Assembly (NCBI GenBank): GCA_009103225.1
Contig: RHPI01000732.1
Location: 232,482 to 296,481, forward strand
Origin: Chlorokybus atmophyticus
Lineage: Eukaryota; Plantae; Mesostigma and Chlorokybus algae
Length of the DNA: 64,000 bases
Reading direction: 5' to 3'
The position numbers were made by a program, and so were the translations under genes. Positions within the stretch are counted from its first letter, which is position 1. The number at the start of each line of letters is the position of its first letter. The notes beneath the pieces are model-generated. The model saw nothing but the letters and a program-made list of their open reading frames with translations. It searched no databases and was not told where the DNA came from. This document shows positions 24,501 to 42,024 of this stretch, in pieces.

Positions 24501-26314
24501 ACTTTGGAATGGTATGTGTGTTAACGTTGCCATGAGCCTTCTTGTTGTGTGCTTTTGCAAAGGTGTACATCATGGCAGGTATTTTGATTGAATGGGCAAT
24601 GGTCAATGGTCAATGTTTGTGCTTCAATACAGGAGGAGTTTGTCACGAAGCAAGCGGAAGTGTTCACGCTGCTCTCGCGCATCCTTTCTCTTCACGCCAT
24701 GCTCGCGCGTGAGCTCTTGACGATCAAAGCGTTGGTCTTCTACGCGTCGGCGTCTCTCCTGTCCTTCACGCTCACGAGCGTGCCGCGCACGGCGGGCGCG
24801 CGCCTCCCTCTCTACTTTGGGTTGACCCTCAACTTTCCAGCGGAGCGCTGCGTGGCGTGGGCCATGCGTGCCAACATGGTTGGTGCGGATGACGTGGGCA
24901 CGCTGGTCTCGGCCACCCGCACGGCGTGGGCAGCGTACGCGTGCGTGTGCGTGTGCGTCGCGGCATTGATGTATAAGGATTATGCCAGGCTGGCGCACGA
25001 GAGCATCGAGGAGCTGAGAGCCAACATTGTTGCGTGGAAAAGAGGTGATGCCAACAAGAGCTCATACGCGAGGCAGCTGGCAGTGATGGCGTCGCGACAA
25101 CGCGCCAAATTCAGACGATGTATGTTCCCCTTTGCATGCATCTGTGTGGCAATGTCGCGGTCTATACATGCACACGTGGATATGACGTTTATTGTGCACA
25201 CACAAGTACCCCCATGCACACGCACACACACGCAGGCGCGCACACGTGCATGAGAGCACGAGTGCACGCGTTGTGTTGTGTGCGTGAACACAAAAAAGTA
25301 TGCCTACATGGCATGTGTCAAGTTTGAGCCGCACAATACAGTTCATATGCATTCGCACTCTCTCCATCACAAGAGCATGTGTGCGGTCAGCACATTTCAT
25401 TGCGTACATCATTGTACACTAACCCGCTTGGTGTTGTGTTGTGCAGCGCTGTCTCTCACGCCTTCCACTCCACGGCAAGCGCGCTCCCCTCTCCTCCTCA
25501 CCCAAGATTTCGCAGCCTCCCCGCCGTGCGAAGCGCTCGATCAGGCTGTTTATGACATTGATGATACGGACATCGACCCGGATTACGTTCCGCCTTGGAC
25601 GGATTGGGGAGAAGAGGGTGAGGAGGTGGTGGAGAGGTGTTATGATCTGCGGCCTAGAGGGTGAGTAGCTGTCAAATATTAGATACAAAGTGGAGGCACA
25701 TGCGTGTGCACGAGCATGCGCACAAGCGCGCACGCACATGCACCATACGTGCATGCATGCGCGCACAGGCACAGTTGCTAAACCCGCTTTTGTGCTCGGA
25801 AGGCGCAGGCAGGTCTCGCGCGCGTGGGCAATGAGGGTAAGACGGCTCCTGCGCATGGAGACGGCTGCCGACTTTGCGAGCACGGTGCATCTACAAGTAA
25901 GCACGGCCCGTTTACGGCATTTCTTTCAACTTGAGTGTGCATCATGGGGAACTTTGGCACTCTCGTGGCTGCTTTTGTGTGAGTGTGTCACTTTTCGTTT
26001 CTTTTATAGTATATGGCTATTACTGCCTTGCCTTGCCGATGCATGTATAATGCTTACTTCATTCTGTTACTCAGTGCCTGCGCACGCTGTTTGGCGACGA
26101 AGCCGATCGAATGCCTGCAGCTATCACCGACGTTCCTGATAATTGCGCTGAGACTGACACTGATATCAGCGACAGCTGCGATATTGGCGACAAGGACAAT
26201 CATGGCTCTGATGATGGCATTAGTGTGCGAGACGGCACACACTGTGGCGATGATGCGGACAGCGGGAGCGTTGCTTCGCGCACGCGGAAAAGGCGGCGCA
26301 CAGCAGTCTATTAG
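21579..26314 (+). CDS. GEX1: GEX1/Kar5/Brambleberry family nuclear-membrane fusion protein
   Basis: Signal peptide, then a Cys-rich domain (CGTQAYAQLLASC; KKRMAVLFTNCFLQESGR..PC; C...WTTYFGFYKAVDAICHHLQ). Coiled-coil exons follow, then FVTKQAEVFTLLSRILSLH..IKALVFY..TSVPRTAGARLPLYFGL with three TM segments and an acidic/basic tail. Early exon boundaries are uncertain. Confidence 0.85.
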
Positions 26315-26822
26315 CAATCAACGTCAACCTCCAGGTGCTGGCGTGTGCAGAACAGCATTGCGACATCTCTATCTTGGCAGTTTAGTGTGTACAGCAAAAC
26401 ACATCATAAGTTTTGTTTATGCAAACTAGGACACGGTGGATTTATATAGTTGTGAGTCTTGGATGTGGTTGTTAGGAACCCTAGCCCATATGTATTGTAT
26501 ATTACTTACGGCCCATGTTTATGAAGTATGTAGCAAGCTTTCTGTTCTGTGGAGTTGCGTGTGGGCGCGAGAGTACAGTTGTGTGTTTAGATATCCCCTG
26601 CTAGTTTGGACACACTGCCCTTGGCAGACTGGAAGGCAAGACAATAAGGAGCTTGTGGCCTCATAACTTGACGAACAATCTACAACTTGCAACACCAATG
26701 CTACACGATCAATGATACACTAACAGACAGGTATATATGCAACAAAGGCTTGTAAGGTGTGTCATGCCAAGTGTTGGACAAAACTGTGGCTATGCGTTCG
26801 TAGCTCAATGCTTGAATCAGCC

Positions 26823-29127
26823 TCATTTGCCTGTAAGAAACTCCCGCATGTGACGGTTGATGTCATCCGGTGCGTCCTGCTGGGCGAAATGCCCCGCACC
26901 CTTGACCTTCACTATCTTCACATCCCTATAGTAATCCCCCATCTGCCAAGCAACAACACAAGAAATGGCCTTAGCACACTCACATGACGGCGCACGCATG
27001 CACATCAAGTGCAAGTGAGACATTGTGACGTTCGACACTCCAACCCCGCATCACCAATGAATGCAGCACAACGCAGAAGGACACACGCACAGACGCACAC
27101 GCGTGCACGTGCATGCACAAGCACATACAGATGCATGCGTATACACGCACGCACGCACGCACGCACACGCACACGCACACGCACACGCACACGCACACGC
27201 ACACGCACCCACCTTATCCAGCATACTGATCGACAGGTGCGGGTCTTCTTCCCCCCATACGACAAGCGTCTTCACATCCACCGCATAGGAAGTTGAAGAA
27301 GTCTCCCCATCACGACTTAGCGACGTCCCTCTACTCTGTTTCTTCGACGTGGCGGCTAAGATGGTCCCGACGGAGAAGATGTTGCGGTAGTAGTTGATTG
27401 GAGCTGTAAAGGAAGAGGGAGAGGGGTAGGCTGCCTCATATACCTGAAGGTGGGCATATGTGGAGATTGTTGGTTACACTAGCACAGTGTGGGTGTGGGT
27501 GTGGGTGTGGGTTGTGCTCACTTTTGCGTCTTCAGCGGTGAAGTTTTGAGGGTTTCTGAGGCTGGATTGGATGATTTTGCTGATGCCCGAGTTCGCCATA
27601 AATTGCTCCGGCACAAAAGGCAACTGACGGTTTACAAATGTTACATGTTACAGCAGGCGATAGAGCGTGCGCACACAAACGGTTGCATACGCATGCACAC
27701 GCACATGCACATGCGCGCACACAGGACTGCGTGCGTGCGAGCGAGCGAGTTTGCGTGTGGACATAAGGGCGGATAGCAATCACACTTGCGCATGCACGCA
27801 CGCGCGCGCACGCGCGCACGCGCGCGCGGGTGAATATCACAATGACACAATGACAGACCAATGCGAGACATTCTTGATGTACCTGGAAGAAGAACATGTA
27901 CCAGCTGCTGGCGAGCTGTTGAGGGTTGTCTTGCCACTCTCTCAGCAGCACTTTGCCCGGCACGCCGTTGATGATTACGAGCCGGTCCAACATCTCCACA
28001 CCATACCTCTGGTACAAGTACCTCAGTATCAGTCAACAACACACATGATATAATCACGCCCCAGTGCATCCCTAACCCTGACTTTCTACTATGATTCAGC
28101 AAGTTGATAAGCGACTATCAGTAGTAGTTGACTCACTGCCACACACAGCAAAGTGACACTGGAAGAAGATAATTGTCCCAACACCTGTAGTTTACTGATT
28201 CACTGTAATAACACTCATGCAGAACTATGTGACCCCAAAGCACCACTGACGGTTAGTTCACAGTAACCTAAGCATAGTTCACGGTCAACTCTACAAATGT
28301 TGGTTCCTTCAATTCTACAACTAATTTGCACACACACCTCAGCGAAGGCGAGCGCAACGCCCGCGCCCCAATCGTGCGCCACCAGCGTGAACTTGTCGTT
28401 GTTGTTGACGTGTCGGGCCAGAGCGCGCAAGTCCGCGACGAGGTTGGCCACGCTGTAGTCCGCTCGCAACGCCGGCTGAGAAGTGATGCATAACCATCAT
28501 GTAACGTTGATAGCAGAGACAACATGATGGCGCATACTGCCACAGGATGCCATCATACCGCTTGGGTTTGGTTGTATCCGCGCATGTCTGGCGCGACAAC
28601 ATGAAAATCTGCCCCAAACTCTTTCAGTTGATGGCGCCAGCTGTACCAACACTGCAGAACGATGCACACGACACAACTCTTATCAGTTTGGGGTAATTGA
28701 CATGCACGCCATCACGCACGCACGCACGCAAGCACTGCATGATAATAGTTTCATGTGTTTCTCTCTTGCGTATGTCGAGACTGTATGCGCTTACTTCAGG
28801 GAAGCCGTGCAGGAAAAGGATCAACGGCTTGTCTGTCTTGTTGTTGGTGACGTAATGCAGTTTCACACCGTTGACGATGGCGTACTCATGAACCAGACTT
28901 TTGTCTCCCACTTCAACCCAACCCTGTCAAGAAATTATGTTGATTACAACGCGTGCCACATGAAAGCAAAGACACGCACACACACACGCATTCTGCGCAT
29001 GTCCCACACGTACGACAGGTTGTATATGGTTGCCAGGTGGTTTCGGCCCATACAGCCACTTATCCACGTTGTTCACAATCGGAAGGCTCAAAATGCCAAA
29101 CCATCCCATCGATATCGCTCCCGCCAT
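26823..29127 (-). CDS. Alpha/beta-hydrolase epoxide hydrolase (EPHX3/4-like); may have extra 5' exons up to ATG 30027
   Basis: VNGVKLHYV..LILFLHGFPE, WYSWRHQL..VVAPDMRGY, LVAHDWG (nucleophile Asp), SWYMFFFQ, INYYRN, LVVWGEEDPHL and GAGHFAQQDAPD. Confidence 0.9.
27143..27208. repeat. Intronic (GCAC)n/(GCACAC)n alternating purine-pyrimidine microsatellite
   Basis: Seen directly. It is representative of dozens of similar intronic tracts in the window. Confidence 0.9.
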
Positions 29128-30721
29128 CGCCGCCGCGGCGTTTATCAAGAATCCCTGAGTTGATATAATACACTCTGGGATTGTTACACATGATGTACAC
29201 ACTTGTGACTATCTCATGTAAAAATGACTGAATTTGCTTGCCTTTAGTGCTGGGGTTGATACTAATGATGGTGATGGCTCCGACATGGCTGCGGATGTGG
29301 GTGAGGACTTTGACAGTGATGGTGGTGGCATGCGGCGTGGCTTGGCCATAGTGAGATGCCGTCTGCAAGTAGTGTGTGTGTATATGTTGTGTGTGTGTGC
29401 GCGCGTGTGTGCATGTGTGTGTGCGCCTGGCTTTATAACTGCGCAGTACTAGCTGTGCGTGCACGCGCACACATGTGTGGGCGTGTTGTTGTCTCATTGC
29501 ATGCGTGCGCGTATGTGTGTATGTGTGTGTTGCTTGTGTGTAAGCAAAAGGCAAGCACAAAAGCAGGCAGTAAGGGAATGGAAGGGACACATGCACACGC
29601 GCACACTGTGACGTCTGCACACAATACAAGCTGCATGTAAACAGGTGCATATCTGTCTGTGTGTCACTTGTTGGAACAAGTTCCGCATAGCAGGATCAAG
29701 CACCTATACGCGAGTCGATCCAAGCAGAGCTTTGCATGCAAAGCAGCCTCAACGCAACGACGGTACTGTCAGGCAAGAAGTGCAAGCAATCGCTTGGAGC
29801 TTCCATTCAAGTTTGAAACGGAGCTACTGGTGATAAACAAACCAAACAAGCGCAGTGAACCGAACGCATGCACGACACACTCCACTCACTCCTTGTGTCA
29901 CAACCCAACATGCATGCCGTACCTTGCGGGCAGCTCGTCCTGTCAAAGTCTTCGCTGAGGCGGCACTGCGTGCGAAGGACTGAGCGGCGAAGTGTGAGAA
30001 GTGCACAGGCAGGGAGGACGGCGCCATGCAAAAGCGGGCCCGCCGCCGCCGCCGCTTCACTTCACGTCACTTTACGTCACTTCACGTACTGTTGTATGGC
30101 TGCGCTAAGCCAGGAACAGCGGCCTGGTCTGGTCTGGTCTGGTCTTGTAGCGAGGCTGCTGCGCGACAGTTGTATCATAAAGCCTCGCTTCAAATTATGG
30201 AAACATGTGTTGATGGGTAAATACGTTGGCAAGGTAGTGCAACAGCGTGGCAAGGTTGCTGCAACAGTTGCAGCAACACTCGCATGCATTGTGTGACTTA
30301 CGACTTGTGGATGATAACGTAGCAGCCAACACCATGGTGTGAACTGTAGGTTGAGCAATATGTTCTCTGGCAAAGTGGTGTGGCGTGCTTTTCGGAACGC
30401 ACGCACGCACAAAGTTACACCTCGTTCTTGCATATGCAACAACACTGCCTGCACAGCCAAGGAAGTAGTAGTTCGAGGGGCTCAAAGTATTGCGTGCTAC
30501 TTGTTTCGTCATCAGTCAGCACGATGAAGCCTTCCTCATAATGTTCAGTCCTTTGTGAGTTATGACTTGTTAGTGCTTGCGTTTAGTAACCATACGACTG
30601 CACCGCTTCTAAGGTGCTGGTGTGCACCAAACAAAGGAGCTCCCGCTCGCAAACGCACTATTGCGATTGCTACAGCATCTAACAGTGCATCCTTCCACTA
30701 GTTTCCGCTCTGTACACAATG

Positions 30722-33700
30722 CTACAACACGACGCGCTTGCCGAGGGTGTGCTCGGCGTCGTCTTCCGCCGGCATCATCGGCCTGGAGCCGCCCTCTGCC
30801 TCGCGCGCAGGCACGAACACGCGTGTCTGCTTTGTGGCTGCGGGAGCCATTAGCCGCGTCTCCCCGCGCTCGTACCTGAACGAGTTGACATGTTATCACT
30901 CTCGCACGCGGGCATGTATACACAAATGCACGAATTTGTTACTTTGTGAAGCCATACATACGCACGCGCAAATAAACACGCGCGCGTGCACACATACGCG
31001 CGCATGCACACACTCAAGTGGCCATGTAGACATAGATACCCTCTAACGCCTGCACATATGCAGCACATGCAAATTGTGATACTGCACATGTCCTGTCCAC
31101 AGGCTCTCGTACCTGATGCCGCCAAAATTTTCAACCCTTAGCATGAGACCAAAGAATCCTTTCGAGGCCTTCACGACGTCGTATCCGGCTGACAGCGCGA
31201 AAGTGAAGCTGGGCTGCCACCAAGACTTGAACGCCACAACAGCACCTATACCACTAGTCGCCACCTGATCAGAAGGGCAAAAAATAAGTGAAATGTTGGT
31301 TACACAAAAACAAGCGCACATGCACGGGAATGCACGCACACGCAGATGGCGGCTGTGTGTCAAGTGATGGACTAACAACATGCATGCTGGTGTGACTAGT
31401 GGGGTAGGGAGTTAGTGTGTTGGGTAGCGCTAGGAATAGCGCGGTGGTAATGTGTTGGAATGACTGCATGTGCTGCATGCATGATATGCATGCCACCGCT
31501 TGACACCTTGCATGCTACTGATGTAGCATACTACATCTTATACGCACGCACGCATGCATGCAGCCAACCAGCAACAATCAAGTGGCCTCATAGTTGCACA
31601 CCTTGGCCTTCACAAGCAAATTTTTGTTGGCTTGCCAGCTGCCTGCCAATGCCACGCTTGGGTCCGGCTCGTCCGACTGCACACTGCCATGTGACGTAAA
31701 GAGGGTCAAATGATGCACAGGATTGTTTCAATCTGGTGAGTGTTCGCAACCAACATATAACCAAGCAATAGTGCTTACTCACTTTTGCGCAATCTCAAAG
31801 CCGATATCAACGTAGTTTGTGATGCCGACCACACCCGTCTCCTCAAAGGGATTCTTCACCGCGCGGGTAAGCACAAGGTGATGAAAGTATGAGGCAATCA
31901 GCCTCTTGTTGTTCTGCAAACCACAACCAACATAAGCTTCACGCTTGTCAACAGATGCATCTGAAATACTTCATCAATCTTATGCTACCCTTACCTGCAA
32001 CTCAAGGCCGATGTCGAATGCGGGTTCCAAAGCTGATCTCCCGCTCCTGCCGCCAGTTCCATATGCGATAGCATAGGAAAGCCCGTTGCGCAGTGCAGAA
32101 TGTATGCTTGGCCTGTCTATAGCAACGTACAGAAGGGAGCAGAGTTAAGCACAAGGCATGCATGTTGACCATGACCGGCATTGAGTGACATCATGGATTG
32201 TGCTCGACAACGTGTGCACGACGTGCGGGCGCACGCACACACATGGCAATTGTACAAATGTGCGTCCGTGCCTGTGCCTAGCATGTGCGCGCGCTCAAGC
32301 GCGCGCACGTCTGTGCGTGTGTGTGCGTGTGCACATATGAGAGTAGATGCGTGTGCGAGTGTACGCTGACCAGTGGCCATCTCCCCGCCCATCGCCGATC
32401 GCATCAAGCTCGACATTAAGCCCGGCAGCGGCAATCCCGCGGCCGCGCCGTCATACTGGCAACCGGTCAACACGCGGCCAAACCTTGCCACGGCCCAGAA
32501 TCGCCCGCCCGAGTCCATGATGCCTAATTCACAGCAAACATGATGCACATCAGTTATCCCACGCAAGGGACAGTACTGAGTGTCTATTGCAGTATGAATA
32601 GCTGCGCAAAGACATTTACCGCTTATAGGATAGACACCTCCTATGGACACATCCTCGGTAGAGTACCGGACGCCAACACCAGCATTTTTTGCCACCTTTT
32701 CACTGTACATGGGATGAGAACTTAGGCCAAACCACACAAAGGTTTGCAAGCGCAACTGTCACACCAGAGCTAACGCGGTAAGAATTCATGTGGCCTAAAG
32801 CCCGCTCACTTGGCAGCTTGGAAGAGCGGCGCTGAAGCAAAGACACCAATTCCAGTGTTGGGATCAAACTGGCATATGCGGGCACGCGCGTATCTGCAAA
32901 CACACGAGGCCCCAGGCATGAGCGTACACATTCAAAGCATAAACAGATTGATTCCTCGTTGTCATGGGCGGCGCATGGGACATACCCTCTATTCCTTGTT
33001 GATAGCGCCACATCCATGAAAGCATTCGGGTCATCACCCAACCTACGCACAAACCACAGTCATGGCGCATGACACTGCCTGCAACAACAAAACAAAAATA
33101 TATCATTGGTGGTCACCATTGCCAACGGAATGCCACCTTTCCATCAATCGTGCGGTCGGGTGGGCCATCAACACCAGCATGCTCCGTCTCTCTCGCCCTA
33201 AGCTACCGAAGACAGAAGTGGGCACAAACCACACGTACACCGAAACCATAACTGCGAGCCTGCAACCCCACGACATGAAGCTCACCTTCACCATAACATC
33301 CACAGTGTTGTCCTCTGGTGGCCTGAGGAAAATCTGCAAGCCTGCTCTTCGTGTGTCTGCACATAGTTTGTGTAGATGTTGCAGCGGGAAGCAAGATAAC
33401 AGCTGTTCTGCTGGTCAAGCTATAACTGGGCAGAGAGGTGTATTGGCAGGTAAGCTATATGTAAAACAGCTAAAGACACCCATGGGCTTGGCTTGTGCAA
33501 AGGTGCCAATGTGCGCGCATGTGTGCGCATGTGTGCGCATGTTTGCATGTGCGTGCGAGCGCATGTGTGCATGTAAGCATGTGTATGCGTGTACGTGTGC
33601 GTGCGCGCGTAGGCATGTGTGTGTGCGCATGTGTGCCGGTGCTCATGCTTGCATGCGTCTACATTGTTTTATATTGCATGAGAGGGAAAAACACTAAACA

Positions 33701-34095
33701 CTCTGCATGTTCCTTATCGCAGCAAACTGCATGCAACTACTGGCTCAACTCAACTCCAACCTTCACTGAACCAATTGACCCACCAGCAAAGTAGTCTCCG
33801 AAGAGGCGAGCGCGTGCATGCTTGCTGAATAGAAAGTCGTAAGACGACTTAGCCATCCTATCAACAAGAGCAGCAGAAAGTGAGTCCATCAGCTCATGCA
33901 CGCGTGCACACGTACACAAGCACACACAGTCTCTTGTCGGTGTAACGCAGCTCAGCTCAGCTCAGCTCAGGTCAGCTCTGCCATGCGCATTGCGCTGCCT
34001 CGTTACCTGTTGCGGCCTCTTAGGTCCCGCTCAAACAGCGGCGGCACCAGCACCACCTTGGGCGGAGGCTCGTCCTTCATCAGCATGTTCCCCAT
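30722..34095 (-). CDS. OM47-like organellar outer-membrane beta-barrel protein (VDAC/Tom40 superfamily-like)
   Basis: N-terminus MGNMLMKDEPPPKVVLVPPLF..R|MAKSSYDFLFSK..LFGDYF and late exon GAVVAFKSWWQPSFTFALSA..FGLMLRVEN resemble Arabidopsis OM47 as recalled. Alternating beta-strand-like exons lie between. Stop TAG at 30722. Confidence 0.7.
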
Positions 34096-34589
34096 GCTGG
34101 CAACCTGAACCTCTAAGCTTACCCCTCCACCCGCTCCTCGTCTTGCTGCACTGTCTCCTCCTCAGCAACAGCAGCCACCGCCGCCGCCGCTGCTGCCGCC
34201 TTGAGGCTGAGCTTTGCCACTCTGTTGGCCTGGTGTGATCTGTAGCCTAGGAGGCGGCGATTTGGGCGGCGGCGGAGGAGGAGGAAGCGGGGTGTTGGTG
34301 TCGTGGGGATTGTCATAGCTCCCCGTCTGGTGGAGGTGGTTGTCGTGGTCGCTGGCAAAGGAGCTGGATCTGGGACGCTTGCAGGCGACACGGATGCGTG
34401 TTTAGCTGGTTGCTTAGCTGATTGCTTTGGTGTGTTGGGCTTAGCTTAGGCTCAGGCGGCGGTGCTGCTAAGGAAAGAACTTTCCTCAGTCTTTTCAGCC
34501 CTTGCCGACAGGGTAGTAATTAACCCCTTCCAGCCCGCCCTTGCCCAGGGGCTTGGTCGGGCTGCTGCCAGTTGGCCTGGGCGTGGTTG

Positions 34590-38375
<3,786 letters not shown>

Positions 38376-39269
38376 TCAGCAGGCAGCACGAAGATTTGGT
38401 ATGGTAGCTTTCTATATATGTAAAGTATGTAGTGCTTTTTCAGAGTTGGTGGGGTTGCTATTCTTCATGCAGCATTTCGGTTTTGTGGTAAGGTACAACA
38501 AAAACGGGGGAGGGGCAAGGGGAAAGAGGGAGAGGGAGTGTAGGTGTTTGTATGTGCCATAGCAGTAGGGTTGAACGCTTCATGGGCATTATCAGTGTAG
38601 TTGCAGTCTGTGCATGTGCATGTGCAAACCCTTGCAGAATTCGATGCTGTTTTACCGCGTGCTAGCAGTACTTATATTTCTGTTGATACAGAGAGAGACC
38701 CGTTGCTAGTTGGTATGGTCAGGCATGACACGTGTGTATGTGCTTGCAATTGTTGTGGACAGAGATACAGCAATAGTGTGTGTACAGGGTGCTGTATCAT
38801 ATGCTCACAGCGTGTTGCATGCGCACTCAGTTGGTGTGTGCGCATGCGCAAGCGCAAGTAAGCAAGTGAAAGCGAGAGTGATATTCATGGCATGCGTACA
38901 CAGTTTGTGATCAGTCCTTTGAACATGAACCACCATGAAGACGCAAACGATCTTTACTGTTTTGCGTAAACAAATGATAGAGCAACACTCATTTAGAAAG
39001 TGTGTATGTGATCATTACTCTTACAGATACAACACTTTATTAAGGGTGTGAGGCAAAGCTTGTTCGATGGGGTATGTTAATGTTCATATCGTTTTAGATT
39101 TGCCATGGCATCAAAGAGCAACTAAAAAGGGTTTTAGGTTGTTATAAGTGTGCATGCTTACTAGATGTTAACATCAAGAACTTAACAAGCGCTTAAATGA
39201 ATGGTCTCAACATGTGATGAATGCTTGTGTTGATGTTCTAAACAGTGTTGAGAGAAGGGTGTGTGGGGG

Positions 39270-39451
39270 NNNNNNNNNNNNNNNNNNNNNNNNNNNNNNN
39301 NNNNNNNNNNNNNNNNNNNNNNNNNNNNNNNNNNNNNNNNNNNNNNNNNNNNNNNNNNNNNNNNNNNNNNNNNNNNNNNNNNNNNNNNNNNNNNNNNNNN
39401 NNNNNNNNNNNNNNNNNNNNNNNNNNNNNNNNNNNNNNNNNNNNNNNNNNN
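39270..39451. other. Assembly gap (N run) flanked by G runs
   Basis: 182 N. Confidence 1.
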
Positions 39452-41499
39452 GGGGGGTCAACAAAGCAGCAGGTATGAACTCTATCGCTAGTTATGTACA
39501 ATCAAATGCATGGGGTTGAATTTAAGACGAAAAAAACTGAAAGGTCAGGAGGGAGTATTCAAAAAGTCAACCTGCATTCATTGTTCGCTCATGAGTAAAT
39601 TCTGCTTTGCTTACATATGGTATTTATTCCATTACAATCCCCATGGGACTCCAATTGAGTAAATACGGTATACATACTTTTCAGGTACATGATTCGAAGC
39701 CAAGCCGTGGATTTATATATAATAATATTGTATATATAATATTGACGGACTTGCCACAAATGGGGTTTACCCCATGTTTAATTTCATTATCAGTGGATAT
39801 ACATTCATACATGTTGTTGCAATTAAGGGGACATCAATGATGCAATGAGTGGTTGCGTAATAACAGAGTCGACATTACCAGTCATTGTGTGAACAGACAA
39901 GCATGGCAACAAAGTCAATAAGTTCACACATGTTCTTGTAAGATCTTATTATCATTATGTTCTTGCAAGCGCGTACTGCGTTCAAGATCCTAATACTTCA
40001 TCTTGGTGATGGCAGCGTGACGCGTTACAACATGCATGCGATTGTGCACAACTGTCACATATGGCAAGCAATGCTTAAGAAATGTGCGCCACCGGTCAAG
40101 CGCAACATATGTGGTTAAAGGACCAATGACTGATAATATGTTACTATGATAATCAGCTCGCTCATGATCCTTTCACGCTAAAAATCTTACCACGCTTCTT
40201 ACTGCAGCATCGCTCCGGCTATTGTCGGAAGCCTTGCGATAAGCTTTTCATGCAGCACGCACTCAGCTAGAGCATTCGTGCAAACATATTTACACAATCT
40301 TTATTGACTCAATTAGACAACTCAGCAACTATCAGCATGACTTGAAAATTAAAATAGCTTTACGAGGGAAAACAGCTTATTGCACTTCATTCATATGCAC
40401 TTTATTGACTTTGACAAGAGAAGAGGCTCGAAAATAAACACAAGCACTGCGAAAAGGCTGCAGGTCATATGCAATTGCATCGCTCATATTATAATAAAAG
40501 TAATGCAACTATTCACCAGTTTTAGGTCACGACTGACATTGCCAAAACATTACCGTATTTTATTGAACACAACCCCCTCCTTAGCACAATACCCCAATTG
40601 TTTTTTGGCGGTTTGGGGAGGGGGNNGGGGGGGGGGGGGGGCTTTGTTTGAACCCCCATTACACTCAATGTGGTACCCTAACACGACACCCCCATAGATT
40701 TAGCAGGGCGAGGGGGGAAAGGCTTTACTTGTAAAAGAGGCTTGTATTTGACAAAAGTACCAAGAGACGTTATAATCAATGCGAACATGACTGCTTTTAA
40801 CTACCGTGCATCGTCCTTGATAGTACGAAATTGCATGCGCCAATTGTCAATTTTATTCCAAGGAATGCAGTGTGCTCATAGACGCACGGCAAACAACACT
40901 AGCCATGTACCAACAGCGCGTAATCCTTACATGGAAATTGACACATGGCGCATGTGGTTGCATACTATTGAGTCCAATGCATGGTAGTTGAGACCACTCG
41001 CGTCGGTCTCGCGGTGATGCCACTCGTGATCCCTAGATTCGACATAAGGAATACATCTATCTGACATGCAGTCTTCAACAACAATTGGCTGCCTACAAGC
41101 AGAAGTCAACATCAATGTTGACAAGAAGGCAAGATTTGCGCTAGTGGAACCAGCATAGTCATCATCCAGCTTGTCAGCACATTGGCCAGACATGCAAGCT
41201 AGCTGCGTGATGGCAAGGCAAGACATGCGTTGCTGAGTACGTGCAGCACTTTTTCAGGAGAGCAAGCTGCGCCATGGCAATGCAGGCATGCTGTCGAGTA
41301 CATGCAGCATGTAACGATATGAAGAAAGTATGCAGTGAACAACAGCTGAACCAAATAGCATAAAGCGTGCATGCAGGTAGAGCAGTACAGCTTACTAATC
41401 AGGCATGGCAGCCTGCTTGCAAGCAGGCATGCTGCGCATTGCATGCAGCAAAGCCAGGAGAAAGCATGCAGTACAATGCATGTAGAGCACTGTATGCTC

Positions 41500-41862
41500 A
41501 GCACTGCATTGGCTGCTGTTTACCTACTAGCGGTCCGGTCCGGCATCGCAGCCTCGGGGTCGCATGGCGGAGACAGAGCAGGCCCCCGCCAGGCTGCGCT
41601 ACCTCACCGCCCTCACGAACACCTGCCTGCTGGCCTCCTGCTCCTCCTGTTGCTTTCAAAGGCCAGCACTGCCTCCTCCTGGTCCTCCTCCGCCTCCTCC
41701 TGCACCACCACCCTGGCACCCCTTGAAGCAGCGGCCTGTATCCTAACAGAAATACGTATGAAGGCAAACACTGATGTGCAGCTTCTCGTCCTTCAGACTC
41801 TCCCTGTTCTTGTCCTTGCCCTCCTCCGAGCTACTCCTCCGCCGCCCACTGTCGCCGTCCAT
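41500..41862 (-). CDS. Possible hypothetical protein, head-to-head with PDK1
   Basis: GC-rich coding-like text MDGDSGRRRSSSEEGKDKNRESLKDEKLH from ATG 41862, followed by a Glu-rich exon-like block. No recognisable domain and the structure is unresolved. Confidence 0.3.
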
Positions 41863-42024
41863 GCGCTGCTCCTGCACAATCTCATCATGCACAACCGTCC
41901 CCACCACAGGCGGTGGTGTGGAGTTTTACACATTCCCAACGCTTAAATAACGCCTGCGGTGCTACCAGCAAACCAACTCACCAGCATTGTGCCTTCTCCT
42001 GGCCAGCCGGCGGTGGCGGCGGCG

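Noticed and set aside
21980-33700. Many C/A/H/T/R/V-rich ORFs and repeat arrays as possible CRISPR or proteins
   Set aside because: They are translations of intronic purine-pyrimidine microsatellites, with no repeat-spacer periodicity.
39207-39519. ORFs spanning the first N gap
   Set aside because: Artefacts of translating N.
40990-41010. Paired BsaI sites GAGACC..GGTCTC suggesting a cloning scar
   Set aside because: It is a single 6-bp palindromic pair with no vector context, so chance is the likely explanation.
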